A stretch of DNA of 64,000 nt from Anaeramoeba ignava BMAN (Eukaryota > Protista > Anaeramoebae), in NCBI GenBank assembly GCA_028826165.1, contig JAPDFW010000055.1, forward strand, positions 248,001 to 312,000, written 5' to 3'. Both the position numbers and the translations under genes were made by a program. Positions within the stretch are counted from its first letter, which is position 1. The number at the start of each line of letters is the position of its first letter. A model generated the notes under the pieces. The model saw only the letters and a list, made by a program, of their open reading frames with translations, ran no database searches and was not told the origin of the DNA. Shown here in pieces: positions 1 to 13,636 of this stretch.

Positions 1-1891
1 AATGATCATCAAGAATTGCTTTCTTGGTTTCTGCTAATTTAGATAATTCTTCTAATTTATTATTCATATCATCATGTCTATCTGTAATATCTTTAAATTG
101 ATTTTCTCCAAATGTTTTACCTTGATATTGAGTAATATTGTAAACATAATTTGATAATTCAGTTTCATATTTTTGAGCTAATATATCTTTTCCAAGTTTA
201 TTCATTTCTGCAACTGATGTATCTTTTGTGTTTTGATATTCATTTGAATAAATATCAAATAAACTTAATTGATTTCTTGCTTCAACTGAATTAATTTCTT
301 CTCGAAATTCTAAATATGCTTTTTTATCTTCAAACCATTTAACTAATTTCTCAAATTGATCTTTATGTCCATCATTCATTTGTCTTACTTTCTCAATAAA
401 TTCTTCTCTCTTTAAATGATCATCAAGAATTGGTTTTTTGATTTTTTTTAATTCTTCTAATTTTTCAAATTTTTCTTCAATTTCTTTATCATGTTTTTCA
501 ATATTTTCTTGATATTCATATTTTTCTTGTTTTAATTCTTCAGATAATTTCTTTAAATTAGCTACTCCAGTTTTGATCATTGTTTCATTTTCTTTTTCAT
601 AACTTTCAAGTAATCTTAATTGTAATAATGCTTCAGAAACTGATCCAATTTCTTCTCTAAATTCAAGATATTCTTGTTTTTGTTTGCAATAATCAATTAA
701 TTTATTGTATCTTGATTCATGTTGTTTTGAAATATTAACAAGTTTGATTTGTCGATTTAATTCATTATGGAGTGCTACTTTTCTTTCTTGTTCACATTCT
801 TCTAAATGAAGCATATCTTTTTCAATATCTTTCAATGAACATCCAATTTCAGCTTTAAATTCAGGTCTTTTATGATGTGATAATCTCATTGCTAAATTAT
901 TATAATTTGATTCAAGATTTAATTGATCTGCAATTAATGAATTTTTATCTTTGGTTTTATATTCATAAAATTTTTCTAATCTTGATTTAGCTCCTTCCAT
1001 TGTATTATCAATTGTTCGATCTTCAAGAACTTTTTCTGATTTTTTAAGAACTTCTTTGAAATTTTTTGCTGTTTTATTGTATTCTGATTTAAGTCTATCA
1101 TTTTCTTTGGTTAAATTGATTAATTTTTTGATTCTTCTTGCTGCTAAATCAAGTTTTCTTTGTTCTGCAATTCCATAATAATATTCACTAACATAAACAA
1201 CCATTGAGTTTTCATCTAATTTTCGAATTTCATCAGGTGTAATATATTTCTCCAATCCAAAATATTTCTCAGCTGCATCTTGTGCAATTTGTAAATTTTT
1301 AATTGGATCATTTGAATTTAAACTATTAAAATCAATTAATTTAGGTCTGTGTTTGTGAATAATTGCGCATAAGGCTAATCCATCTGCAAAACTTTTTTTG
1401 AAATCAGTAACTCCAACATTTTTATAACTTGCAGTTTTGTTTTTACACCACATTAATAAAGCATCTTTAGCATTTAATGATTCACCTCCACTTTCATCAT
1501 CAATTTTAATGTATTTCATCATGATTCCCCAAGTTAAAGCTAATGCTGCTCTTACATCTCCTTGTTCAAGTTGCTCTGCTGATGGTTTTACTTTCATATC
1601 AACTCCTTTATTCCATGCAAATTTTAAAGCATTGTTTAAATTATCAATTCTGTGAACTGACATTTTAGGTTTTGGATTGATTTTTCCTTCATATTTTGAT
1701 TCACTTAAAACTTCAATTAAATTCAAAAGAACCAATCCATCTTTATAATCATCAACAACATCATTTACTATCATTTCAGGTCTTGTTCTTAATAATTTTT
1801 GTTTAACCCATCTTGAGAAAATTTTTCTTTGTAACATAACCCATTCTTGACTTTTGGGTCCAGTTCTTCCACTTCTTCCAGTTCTTGACAT
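1..1891 (-). CDS. alpha-actinin-like protein, copy 1 (5' part; continues beyond left edge)
   Basis: ATG at 1891 (MSRTGRSGRTGPKSQEWVMLQRK). Near-identical to 6570-8460: tandem CH domains plus spectrin repeats. Absent from the ORF track because no stop lies inside the window. Confidence 0.92.
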   Translation of the reverse strand, partial: MSRTGRSGRTGPKSQEWVMLQRKIFSRWVKQKLLRTRPEMIVNDVVDDYKDGLVLLNLIEVLSESKYEGKINPKPKMSVHRIDNLNNALKFAWNKGVDMKVKPSAEQLEQGDVRAALALTWGIMMKYIKIDDESGGESLNAKDALLMWCKNKTASYKNVGVTDFKKSFADGLALCAIIHKHRPKLIDFNSLNSNDPIKNLQIAQDAAEKYFGLEKYITPDEIRKLDENSMVVYVSEYYYGIAEQRKLDLAARRIKKLINLTKENDRLKSEYNKTAKNFKEVLKKSEKVLEDRTIDNTMEGAKSRLEKFYEYKTKDKNSLIADQLNLESNYNNLAMRLSHHKRPEFKAEIGCSLKDIEKDMLHLEECEQERKVALHNELNRQIKLVNISKQHESRYNKLIDYCKQKQEYLEFREEIGSVSEALLQLRLLESYEKENETMIKTGVANLKKLSEELKQEKYEYQENIEKHDKEIEEKFEKLEELKKIKKPILDDHLKREEFIEKVRQMNDGHKDQFEKLVKWFEDKKAYLEFREEINSVEARNQLSLFDIYSNEYQNTKDTSVAEMNKLGKDILAQKYETELSNYVYNITQYQGKTFGENQFKDITDRHDDMNNKLEELSKLAETKKAILDDH

Positions 1892-2427
1892 TTTTGTTTG
1901 TTTTTTTTAATAATAATTAAAGTGTGTTTTTGTTTGTTTTTTAATTAAATTGTGTGTTTTTGTTTTTTTGTTTGTTTTTTAATTAAATTTTGTGTTTTAT
2001 TTTAAATTAAATAAAACGAAAAAAATGAAAAAAAAAGAAAAAGAAAAAATTTTTAATTTATTTTTTTTATTTTATTTTATTAATTTTTTTCAATTAATTT
2101 TTTCAATAAAAGAAGGCAAAAATTTTTGCTTTTTAATTTTGATCATTTATTTTTATTTTTTATTTTTATTTTTTAATTTTAATTTTTAATTTTTTAATTT
2201 TGGCAAAAATTTTTGCTTTTTAATTTTGATCATTTATTTTTATTTTTTATTTTTATTTTTATTTTTATTTTTAATTTTTTAATTTTCGCATTTTCTTTTT
2301 ATTTTTATTTTTATTTTCTTTAAGATTAATAATTCTCTTTTTTACTTTTTATTTTATTTTATTCCAAAAAAAAAAAAATATTTTATCATAAAAAAACTTC
2401 CACTTTCAATTTTTCTGTTTTTTTTTT

Positions 2428-3115
2428 TAGATTTTAGATTTGAAATAGATTTTTGATTTTAAATTTGAAATAGATTTTGGATTTTAAATTTGAAATTGAT
2501 TTTAGATTTTAAATTTGAAATAGATTTTAGATTTTGGATTTGAAATGGATTTTAGATTTTAGATTTGAAATAGATTTTGGATTTTAAATTTAAAATAGAT
2601 TTTTGATTTTAGATTTAAAATAGATTTTAGATTTTGGATTTGAAATAGATTTTAGATTTTAAATTTGAAATTGATTTTAGATTTTAAATTTAAAATAGAT
2701 TTTAGATTTTAAATTTAAAATAGATTTTGGATTTTAAATTTGAAATAGATTTTAGATTTTAAATTTAAAATAGATTTTTGATTTTAAATTTGAAATAGAT
2801 TTTAGATTTTAAATTTGAAATTGATTTTAGATTTTAAATTTGAAATAGATTTTAGATTTTAAATTTGAAATTGATTTTAGATTTTAAATTTGAAATAGAT
2901 TTTGGATTTTAAATTTGAAATAGATTTTAGATTTTAAATTTGAAATTGATTTTAGATTTTAGATTTAAAATAGATTTTAGATTTTGGATTTGAAATAGAT
3001 TTTAGATTTTAAATTTGAAATAGATTTTAGATTTTAGATTTGAAATAGATTTTAAATTTGAAATAGATTTTGGATTTTAGATTTGAAATTGATTTTTGAT
3101 TTGAAATGGATTTTT
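2428..3115. repeat. 25-bp satellite (TAGATTTTAGATTTTAAATTTGAAA)n
   Basis: 25/50-nt periodicity visible directly; lies between the two actinin copies. Confidence 0.9.
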
Positions 3116-3384
3116 GAAATTTTTTTTATTTTAAATTTTTTTTTTTTGATTGAAAAGAAAAGAAAAAAAAGTTTTTTCATCTTCTTATTTTGAGAAAAAA
3201 AAATCAAAAAAAAAAAGAAGAATCAAAAGAAGAAGATGAATGAGATTTGAAACTGAAAGTTGAAATTTCATGTTTCAAAAAAAAAAAAATTCTTTTCTTT
3301 TGTTTTCTTTCTTTTGAATTTTGTTTTCTTTCTTTTGAATTTTGAAATTAAGAAAAAGAAAAGAAAAAGAAAAGAAAAATGAAG

Positions 3385-6300
3385 TTATCTTGAAAAAATG
3401 TCTTCAGTCCAACTATGGAAATCATATCCATCATCAACTTGTGGTGCTGTTTGGATAATATAGTTGATATCTTGATCATCCATTACTAATTCCATTAAAT
3501 CTTTTTTAGCAACTTTAAATCCTCTGTTAATTAAAACAAATGAATTAATAACTTCATCTTTGGTATCTGAATCTCCAAAAAGAACAATCATGAATTCTTT
3601 AAATCTTTCATAAGAAATATCTTTTCCATCTCCATATTCTTCCATAATTTTTGTGATTTCTTTGGGTGTTCTTTCTTCTCCAAGTGAATACAAACATGCT
3701 GTTAATTCTTTTCTATCAATAGTTCCTGAATTATCAAAATCAAATTGTTTGAAATTTTCTTCAATTTCTTGCATTTGTTCTGCTGTAATTCCTCTCAATT
3801 TTTGATTTTCAATTTCTTCTTCTAACATTTTCTTTTTACGATTTAAGAAATTTTCATATTGCTCCCATTGAACTAATAAATCTTTAAGTGTTAAAGTTGT
3901 GTGTCTGTTGTTTTGAATTCCTGCTTTATCCATTTTATTTTGTAAATCTTGAAGTGGTTCAAGTTTACTTTTTTCTGTTGATAATCCTGTAATGCATTTG
4001 TTAACAAATTCAAGTTGATTTTGAAGTGTTTCTTTTGATGTTGTGATTTTATTTTTTTGTTCTGAAATCCATTTAAATAAAGGATCAGCTACATCTGCAA
4101 ATTTCTTACAAAGTGTATCATTATCTTTTTGTCTTTGAAGTTCAATTTCATAAGCTTTCATTCTTTCATTTAATGAATTCTTTAATGATTGTAAAGAATT
4201 ATTAATATCTTCTAATGTTAATTTTGTATATGGATTTTTAATAACTTTGAGTGAATCCATTTCTTCTTTAGCTTTTTCACATTCTTTTTTCATAACTTCA
4301 GCTCTTGAAAGAACTTCTTTTTCATTATCTTCAATAACTTTCTTAAATGATTCAACTTCATCAAGTGTAAATCCAAAATCTCTTAAACTTGCATTTTCAA
4401 TTTCTAATTTAACAAATGCTCCAAATTCTGAAACTGAATTTGCAAATGCTAATCTAACTTTTTCTTTATCTGTTTCAAGTTGTAAACATTTATCTAAATA
4501 TTCTTTTTTGATAATTGCTAATTTAGATAATTCTTCTAATTTATTATTCATATCATCATGTCTATCTGTAATATCTTTAAATTTATTCTCTCGGAAAGTT
4601 TTACCTTGATATTGAGTAATATCATAAACATAATTTGATAATTCAGTTTCATATTTTTGAGATATTGTTTCTTCTCCAAATTTATTCATTTCAATAACTC
4701 GTGTTTCTTTGATTGATTTATATTCATTTAAATAAGTATCAAATAAATTAAGTTGTGTTTTTGCTTCACTAACTGAATTAATTTCTTCTCTGAATTCTAA
4801 ATATGTTTTCTTAGTTTTGAACCAATTTACCAATTTATCAAATTTATCTTTATGATCAACATTCATTTGTCTTACTTTCTCAATAAATTCTTCTCTTTTT
4901 AAATGATCATCAAGAATTGCTTTTTTGATTTCTGCTAATTTAAATAATTCTTCTAATTTATTATTCATATCATCATGTCTATCTGTAATATCTTTAAATT
5001 GATTTTCTCCAAACGTTTTACCTTGATATTGGGTAATGTTGTAAACATAATTTGATAATTCAGTTTCATATTTTTGAGTTAATATATCTTTTCCAAGTTT
5101 ATTCATTTCAACAACTGATGTATCTTTTGTATTTTGATATTCATTTGAATAAATATCAAATAAACTTAATTGATTTCTTGCTTCTCCAACTGAATTAATT
5201 TCTTCTCTTATTTCTAAATATGTTTTCTTATCTTTAAACCAATTTACCAATTTCTCAAATTTATCTTTATGTTCAACATTCATTTGTCTTACTTTCTCAA
5301 TAAATTCTTCTCTCTTTAAATGATCATCAAGAATTGCTTTTTTGATTTCTGCTAATTTAGATAATTCTTCTAATTTATTATTCATATCATCATGTCTATC
5401 TGTAATATCTTTGAATTGATTTTCTCCAAATGTTTTACCTTGATATTGGGTAATGTTGTAAACATAATTTGATAATTCAGTTTCATATTTTTGTGCTAAT
5501 ATATCTTTTCCAAGTTTATTCATTTCAGCAACTGATGTATCTTTTGTGTTTTGATATTCATTTGAATAAATATCAAATAAATTTAATTGATTTCTTCCTT
5601 CTCCAACTGAATTAATTTCTTCTCTTAATTCTAAATATTTTTTCTTAGCTTCAAACCAATTTACTAATTTCTCAAATTTATCTTTATGTTCAACATTCAT
5701 TTGTCTTACTTTTTCAATAAATTCTTCTCTCTTTAAATGATCATCAAGAATTGCTTTTTTGATTTCTGCTAATTTAGATAATTCTTCTAATTTATTATTC
5801 ATATCATCATGTCTATCTGTAATATCTTTAAATTTATTTTCTCGAAAAGTTTTACCTTGATATTGAGTAATATCATAAATATAATTTGATAATTCAGTTT
5901 CATATTTTTGTGCTAATATATCTTGTCCAAGTTTATTCATTTCAACAACTAATGTATCTTTGGTATTTTGATATTCTTGTGAATATGAAGCAAAAATATT
6001 TAAATTTTTGGATGCATCAATAACTGAATTAATTTCTTCTCGGAATTCTAAATATGCTTTCTTAATTTCAAACCATTTAACTAATTTATCAAATTTATCT
6101 TTATGTTCAACATTCATTTGTCTTACTTTTTCAATAAATTCTTCTCTTTTCAAATGATCATCAAGAATTGCTTTTTGATTTCTGCTAATTTAAATAATTC
6201 TTCTAATTTATTATTCATATCATCATGTCTATCTGTAATATCTTTGAATTGATTTTCTCCAAATGTTTTACCTTGATATTGAGTAATGTTGTAAACATAA

Positions 6301-8460
6301 TTTGATAATTCAGTTTCATATTTTTGAGCTAATATATCTTGTCCAAGTTTATTCATTTCAACAACTAATGTTTCTTTGGTATTTTGATATTCATTTGAAT
6401 AAATATCAAATAAACTTAATTGATTTCTTGCTTCACTTGTTGAATTGATTTCTTCTCTTAATTCTAAATATGCTTTTTAGCTTTAAACCAATTTACTAAT
6501 TTATCAAATTGATCTTGGTGATCTGCATTCATTTGTCTTACTTTCTCAATAAATTCTTCTCTCTTCAAATGATCATCAAGAATTGCTTTTTGATTTCTGC
6601 TAATTTGAATAATTCTTCTAATTTATTATTCATATCATCATGTCTATCTGTAATATCTTTGAATTGGTTTTCTCCAAATGTTTTACCTTGATATTGGGTA
6701 ATATTGTAAACATAATTTGATAATTCAGTTTCATATTTTTGTGCTAATATATCTTGTCCAAGTTTATTCATTTCAATAACTAATGTTTCTTTGGTGTTTT
6801 GATATTCATTTGAATAAATATCAAATAAACTTAATTGATTTCTTGCTTCACTTGTTGAATTGATTTCTTCTCTTAATTCTAAATATGTTTTCTTATCTTT
6901 AAACCAATTAACTAATTTATCAAATTTATCTTTATGTTCAGCATTCATTTGTCTTACTTTCTCAATAAATTCTTCTCTTTTTAAATGATCATCAAGAATT
7001 GGTTTTTTGATTTTTTTTAATTCTTCTAATTTTTCAAATTTTTCTTCAATTTCTTTATCGTGTTTTTCAATATTTTCTTGATATTCATATTTTTCTTGTT
7101 TTAATTCTTCAGATAATTTCTTTAAATTAGCTACTCCAGTTTTGATCATTGTTTCATTTTCTTTTTCATAACTTTCAAGTAATCTTAATTGTAATAATGC
7201 TTCAGAAACTGATCCAATTTCTTCTCTAAATTCAAGATATTCTTGTTTTTGTTTGCAATAATCAATTAATTTATTGTATCTTGATTCATGTTGTTTTGAA
7301 ATATTAACAAGTTTGATTTGTCGATTTAATTCATTATGAAGTGCTACTTTTCTTTCTTGTTCACATTCTTCTAAATGAAGCATATCTTTTTCAATATCTT
7401 TCAATGAACATCCAATTTCAGCTTTAAATTCAGGTCTTTTATGATGTGATAATCTCATTGCTAAATTATTATAATTTGATTCAAGATTTAATTGATCAGC
7501 AATTAATGAATTTTTATCTTTGGTTTTATATTCATAAAATTTTTCTAATCTTGATTTAGCTCCTTCCATTGTATTATCAATTGTTCGATCTTCAAGAACT
7601 TTTTCTGATTTTTTAAGAACTTCTTTGAAATTTTTTGCTGTTTTATTGTATTCTGATTTAAGTCTATCATTTTCTTTGGTTAAATTGATTAATTTTTTGA
7701 TTCTTCTTGCTGCTAAATCAAGTTTTCTTTGCTCTGCAATTCCATAATAATATTCACTAACATAAACAACCATTGAGTTTTCATCTAATTTTCGAATTTC
7801 ATCAGGTGTGATATATTTCTCCAATCCAAAATATTTCTCAGCTGCATCTTGTGCAATTTGTAAATTTTTAATTGGATCATTTGAATTTAAACTATTAAAA
7901 TCAATTAATTTGGGTCTGTGTTTGTGAATAATTGCGCATAAGGCTAATCCATCTGCAAAACTTTTTTTGAAATCAGTAACTCCAACATTTTTATAACTTG
8001 CAGTTTTGTTTTTACACCACATTAATAAAGCATCTTTAGCATTTAATGATTCACCTCCACTTTCATCATCAATTTTAATGTATTTCATCATAATTCCCCA
8101 AGTTAAAGCTAATGCTGCTCTTACATCTCCTTGTTCAAGTTGCTCTGCTGATGGTTTTACTTTCATATCAACTCCTTTATTCCATGCAAATTTTAAAGCA
8201 TTGTTTAAATTATCAATTCTGTGAACTGACATTTTAGGTTTTGGATTGATTTTTCCTTCATATTTTGATTCACTTAAAACTTCAATTAAATTCAAAAGAA
8301 CTAATCCATCTTTATAATCATCAACAACATCATTTACTCTCATTTCAGGTCTTGTTCTTAATAATTTTTGTTTAACCCATCTTGAGAAAATTTTTCTTTG
8401 TAACATAACCCATTCTTGACTTTTGGGTCCAGCTCTTCCACTTCTTCCCATTTTTGACAT
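3385..8460 (-). CDS. alpha-actinin-like protein, copy 2: CH-CH, expanded spectrin-repeat rod, EF-hands; three apparent single-base deletions
   Basis: CH1 (QRKIFSRWV...DGLVLLNLIEVLS), CH2 (LLMWCKNKT...SFADGLALCAIIH), EF-hand DFDNSGTIDRKE. ORFs 6565-8460, 6150-6356 and 3385-6153 join if one A is restored in A-runs near 6590, 6478 and 6174. Confidence 0.9.
4485..6985 (-). repeat. six tandem 417-nt (139-aa) coding repeats in the actinin rod
   Basis: Unit marker aaatgatcatcaagaatt recurs at 4901, 5318, 5735, 6152, 6567 and 6983. Confidence 0.93.
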
Positions 8461-8723
8461 TTTTGTTTGTTTTTTTTAATAATAATTAAAGTGTGTGTTT
8501 TTTGTTTGTTTTTTAATTAAATTGTGTGTTTTTGTTTTTTTGTTTGTTTTTTAATTAAATTTTGTGTTTTATTTTAAATTAAATAAAACGAAAAAAATGA
8601 AAAAAAGAAAAAGAAAAAATTTTTAATTTATTTTTTTTTATTTTATTTTATTAATTTTTTTCAATTAATTTTTTCAATAAAAGAAGGCAAAAATTTTTGC
8701 TTTTTAATTTTGATCATTTATTT

Positions 8724-8754
<31 letters not shown>

Positions 8755-8996
8755 ATTTTTTATTTTTTAATTTTTTAATTTTCGCATTTTTCTTTTTTAT
8801 TTTTATTTTCTTTAAGATTAATAATTCTCTTTTTTACTTTTTATTTTATTTTATTCCAAAAAAAAAAAAAAATATTTTATCATAAAAAAACTTCCACTTT
8901 CAATTTTTCTGTTTTTTTGGATTTTGAAAAGTAAAAATTTGTTTACAAAATTCAATCAAGTTTGGATTGAAATTAAGAAAATAAAAAAAAAAATGA

Positions 8997-11900
8997 TCAT
9001 TTAAAATTTTCATAAGTCAGATACATTCTGAATGAAAGTTCAAGTAAATCATCTAATGGTTTATCTTTTGGGAAATCTTGAAGAAGAGTAACAGCTTGAA
9101 AATAATCTGAATTGAATAATTCATCTCTGATCGTTCTAAAAAAAAGAATATTTTGTTTCTGTCAATTTTGGAGAAATTTTCCAAAGAAAAAAAAATAACA
9201 AACATTGGCATTGCTGCACAAATAAAAAGTAGAAAATGAAAACGGTTATGATCTGCAAAAAGAGAATCCCAAATACGAAGTATTTTATCCATTTCAAATA
9301 CTTGTGAAAGTAGAAGAGAAACCCAAGATAAACAGTAAAATTGAGGAAGAATCCCAAGATTTGACTGCAATATAAATTAAATGAGAAAAAGAATTGGAAA
9401 AAAAATAAAATTAAAATCAATCAAACCAAAATGAATAAAATTAAAATCAAACCAAATGAGTCCATAAATTGTTGTCTTGTTTTTTTAAAATCGAATCAAC
9501 TGACTGAACTAAAGCATTTAGTCCAATTTCTGTATCATCGACATATTCACAAAAATGATGATTAATTTCTCCCATTAAATTTGTGAAACAAAAAAAAGTG
9601 TCAGCTTCTGCATATTCTATTTTTTTTTTTTTTTGAGAAAAAAAGGATGAATAAAAAGACAAACAAATAAAATTTTTTTTGGTGATGATTTCTTGTTTTT
9701 GGAAATTTTTTTTTCGATACCATTATTGTTATTAGAATTATCGGCTGTAAATAAATAAATCAATGGTGCGACTATATTATTCATTCCTTGAACATATCTT
9801 ATTCCGTTATTTAATCTTGCATATATATATAAAACATTACAAAGATTTACTAAAGGATGTGCTTTTTTTGCAAATGATTTTTGAAGATTTAAATCATTTT
9901 CATTTTTTAATTGGATTTGAATATTTTTTTGATTTTCTTTTTGATTTTCTTTTTGATTTTCTTTTTGATTTTCTTTTTGATTTTCTTTTTGATTTTCTTT
10001 TTCTTTTTCTTTTTCTTTTTCTTTTTGATTTTCTTTTTGATTTTCTTTTTCTTTTTGATTTTGATTTTCTTTTTGATTTTCTTTTTGATTTTCTTTTTGT
10101 GTTTTTTTGTGAATAAAAGATTTGGAAGAAATTGGATTTGGTAAAGGAATCTGTTTGGCATCACTTTTTTTATCAAATTTATTAATTAAATCAAGTATTT
10201 TTTCACTATTTTTTTCAATTCTAATTTTTTGGATTGTCAAAATTTCATTTCTTTTTTCGTTGAAATTTGCAATCATTTCATTCATTCGATCACTAATTTG
10301 AATTTTGGGTTTTTCCAACTTTTCCGTTAGTAAAGAATCGTTAGAATTTGTTGATATTTGGTTGTTAAAAAGTGATATCATTTTTGCAGTTTTATCTCTT
10401 GAAATTAAAGGTGCAGTTTTAATTTCTTTTTTTGTGTCATTTTCTTGTTTTGGATCATTTTCTTTTTTTGTAAGAACAAATCGAAATTGTGAACCATCTT
10501 TATTTTTGATATTAAATCTTGGTTGTGATTTTTTTTGATTATTTAATTTTTGTTGTAATTTTTTTTGGTTATTTGATTTTTGTGTAGTTTGCTTTTGTTT
10601 GTTTTGTTGAAGTAGTTTTAATTCTTCTTGTGATTCTGGAAGTCTAAAGAATTGCATTGATTGTCTTGTTCTTTCGGCATCTTTAATAATTTCAAGTCTT
10701 AATTTTTTATCTGAAATATAAAGTTGATAATTTTTTTTTTCTTGAGGATCGAGTTTCTTGATTTTATATTTAATTTTATAAATAATTTTATAAATAATTT
10801 AATATTTAATTTTATATATAATTTTATAAATAATTTTATAAATAATTTTATATTTAATTTTATAAATAATTTTATAAATAATTTTATATTTAATTTTATA
10901 AATAATTTTATAAATAATTTTATATTTAATTTTATAAATAATTTTATATATAATTTAATATTTAATTTTATAAATAATTTTATAAATAATTTTATAAATA
11001 ATTTTATAAATAATTTTATAAATAATTTTATAAATAATTTTATAATTAATTTTATAAATAATTTTATAAATAATTTTATAATTAATTTTATATTTAATTT
11101 TATAAATAATTTTATATATAATTTTATATTAAATTTTATATTTAATTTTTATAATTTTAATTTTATAATTTTATAAATTTTAATTTTATATTTAATTTTA
11201 TAAATAATTTTATAAATAATTTTATAATTAATTTTATAAATAATTTTTATATTTAATTTTTATAATTAATTTTATAAATAATTTTATATTTAATTTTATA
11301 TTTAATTTTATAAATAATTTTATAAATAATTTTATAATTAATTTAATTTTATAAATAATTTTATAAATAATTTTATAAATAATTTTATAAATAATTTTAT
11401 AAATAATTTTATAAATAATTTTATAAATAATTTTATAAATAATTTTATAAATAATTTTATAATTATAAATAATTTTATAAATAATTTTATAAATAATTTT
11501 ATAAATAATTTTATAAATAATTTTATAAATAATTTTATAAATAATTTTATAAATTAATTTTATAAATAATTTTATAAATAATTTTATAAATAATTTTATA
11601 ATTAATTTTATATTTAATTTTATAATTAATTTTATTAATAATTTTATAAATAATTTTATAAATAATTTTATAAATAATTTTATATTTAATTTTATAAATA
11701 ATTTTTATAAATAATTTTATTTATAATTTTATAAATAATTTTATATAAATAATTTTATAAATAATTTTATAAATAATTTTATAAATAATTTTATAAATAA
11801 TTTTATAAATAATTTTATAAATAATTTTATATATAATTTTATAATTAATTTTATATATAATTTTATATTTAATTTTATAAATAATTTTGTAATTAATTTT

Positions 11901-12705
11901 ATAAATAATTTTATAAATAATTTTATAAATAATTTTATAATTAATTTTATAAATAATTTTATATTTAATTTTATAATTAATTTTATGAATAATTTTATAA
12001 ATAGTTTTATATTTAATTTTATAATTAATTTTATTAATAATTTTATATTTAATTTTATAAATAATTTTATAATTAATTTTATATTTAATTTTATATTTAA
12101 TTATATTTAATTTTATAATTAATTTTATAAATAATTTTATATATAATTTTATATTTAATTTTATATTTAATTTTATATTTAATTTTATATTTAATTTATA
12201 ATTGGTAAATAATTGGTAATTTCTACACTAATAATTTCATCAGAAGAGTCAATTTCTTTCTGTATTTGTATTTTTAATTCATTCTTTTCTTGAAAGGTTT
12301 CAAAAAAAATAACTCCAAGTTCTTTTTTAAATTCTTGATAAATTTCACGTTTTTGTTTCAAAGCATCTTCCCATTGAGTTGAATTTAAAGGAAGATAATT
12401 CAATAAAATCTAACGTTTTCAAATTGAAAAAAAAAATTTATTTATTTATAAATTTATAAATTTATAAATTTATATTTGTAGATACTTTCCACACTATTTG
12501 TCTTAATCCTTCTGTTTCTGGAACACCAGCTTTATTTTATTTTGAAAATTATAGTAAATTTATGTTGATAAAAAAAATTTTTTTTTAAATTTCAAATTAT
12601 TCTTTTTTTTAGAGAATTGAAAAACAAACCAAGAAAAGTTAAACGCTTTAAAGTTTGTAAATGAATTGGATTTTGTTCTAAATTTTTTTGGAAAACTTCA
12701 TCCAT
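8997..12705 (-). CDS. TBC-domain Rab GTPase-activating protein, TBC1D13-like (about 7 exons)
   Basis: Spliced reading: MDEVFQK...TFL/AGVPETEGLRQIVWK/ILLNYLP...; IIKDAER (IxxDxxR arginine finger); YVQGMNNIVAPL (YxQ glutamine finger); EADTFFCF; LRIWDSLFAD; stop TGA at 8997-8999. Confidence 0.88.
10762..12200. repeat. 12-bp satellite (ATAAATAATTTT)n inside the TBC intron (about 10757-12226)
   Basis: Direct periodicity; a phase-0 GT...AG intron removing it joins EIIS to KLDPQEKKNYQLYISDKKLRLEIIKDAER. Confidence 0.85.
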
Positions 12706-13636
12706 TTTAAATAATGAAAAAAAAATGAAAAAAAATAAAATGAAAGAAAAAAATAAAAGGAGAAAAAATAAAAAGGAGAAAATATTTTTCTTCTTTTTTT
12801 TGGATTTTCTCCTTTACACGTAAGAATAATTTTTAGATCGTTTTTGATCAATTCTTTTACACTCTCTTTTCTTTAATTGAGATTCTATTAAATTTCTATT
12901 AAATTTCTATTAACTTTTAATTAAATTTTTTAAACAAATTGCAAAAAAGAATTTTGTTTTAATTAAATTTTAATTTTTAATTATTTTGAAATTTAATTTA
13001 CAAATCATTTAAAAAAAAATCTAAAATAAAGAAAAATAATTAATAAAAAACATTTAAAAATTAAATACAATTTGATCGTTGCAAAGAAATTAGCAAAATT
13101 AATTAAAAATTAAGGAAATAAAACCAACTTAAAAAAAAGGGATTTTAAATAATTTTAAATAATTTTAAATTGAAAAATAAAATTTCTAGTTGGGTTTTAT
13201 TTTTGGTTTGTTAATAAATTAATTACATTCTTAAAAAGGATCAAAAAAAATTAACACTAAAAGATCTTTTCTTATTTAAAAAGAACAATAAAATTATTAA
13301 AAAAAAAAAAAACTTTTTTTTTAATTTATAAAAAATAAAAAAAGTCTTTTAAAATTTATAGCAATTCAAAATTAATAAAAAAAAAATTATTCTTTTTGAA
13401 TAAAAATTGAAAAAAAAAAATACAAAAAAAAAATCACTTTTTTGTTTCCAATTTTTGAATCTATATCTATTTAAACTCTAATAAATCTTTTTACATTTTT
13501 TTTTCAATCTTCTTTCCACATTTTTTATCTAATCTTTTAAAAGATAAACCTTCTTTCTTTTAACAACTTCTTTTAAAAAAAATTATTTTTTTTCCTTTTA
13601 CTTTTTTTGCTTTTTATCTTTTGACTTTATATTGAA

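Noticed and set aside
6150-6600. Euplotes-style programmed frameshifting at AAA-stop sites
   Set aside because: Shift sites are not adjacent to stop codons, go in both directions across the window, and sister repeats have the full A-run.
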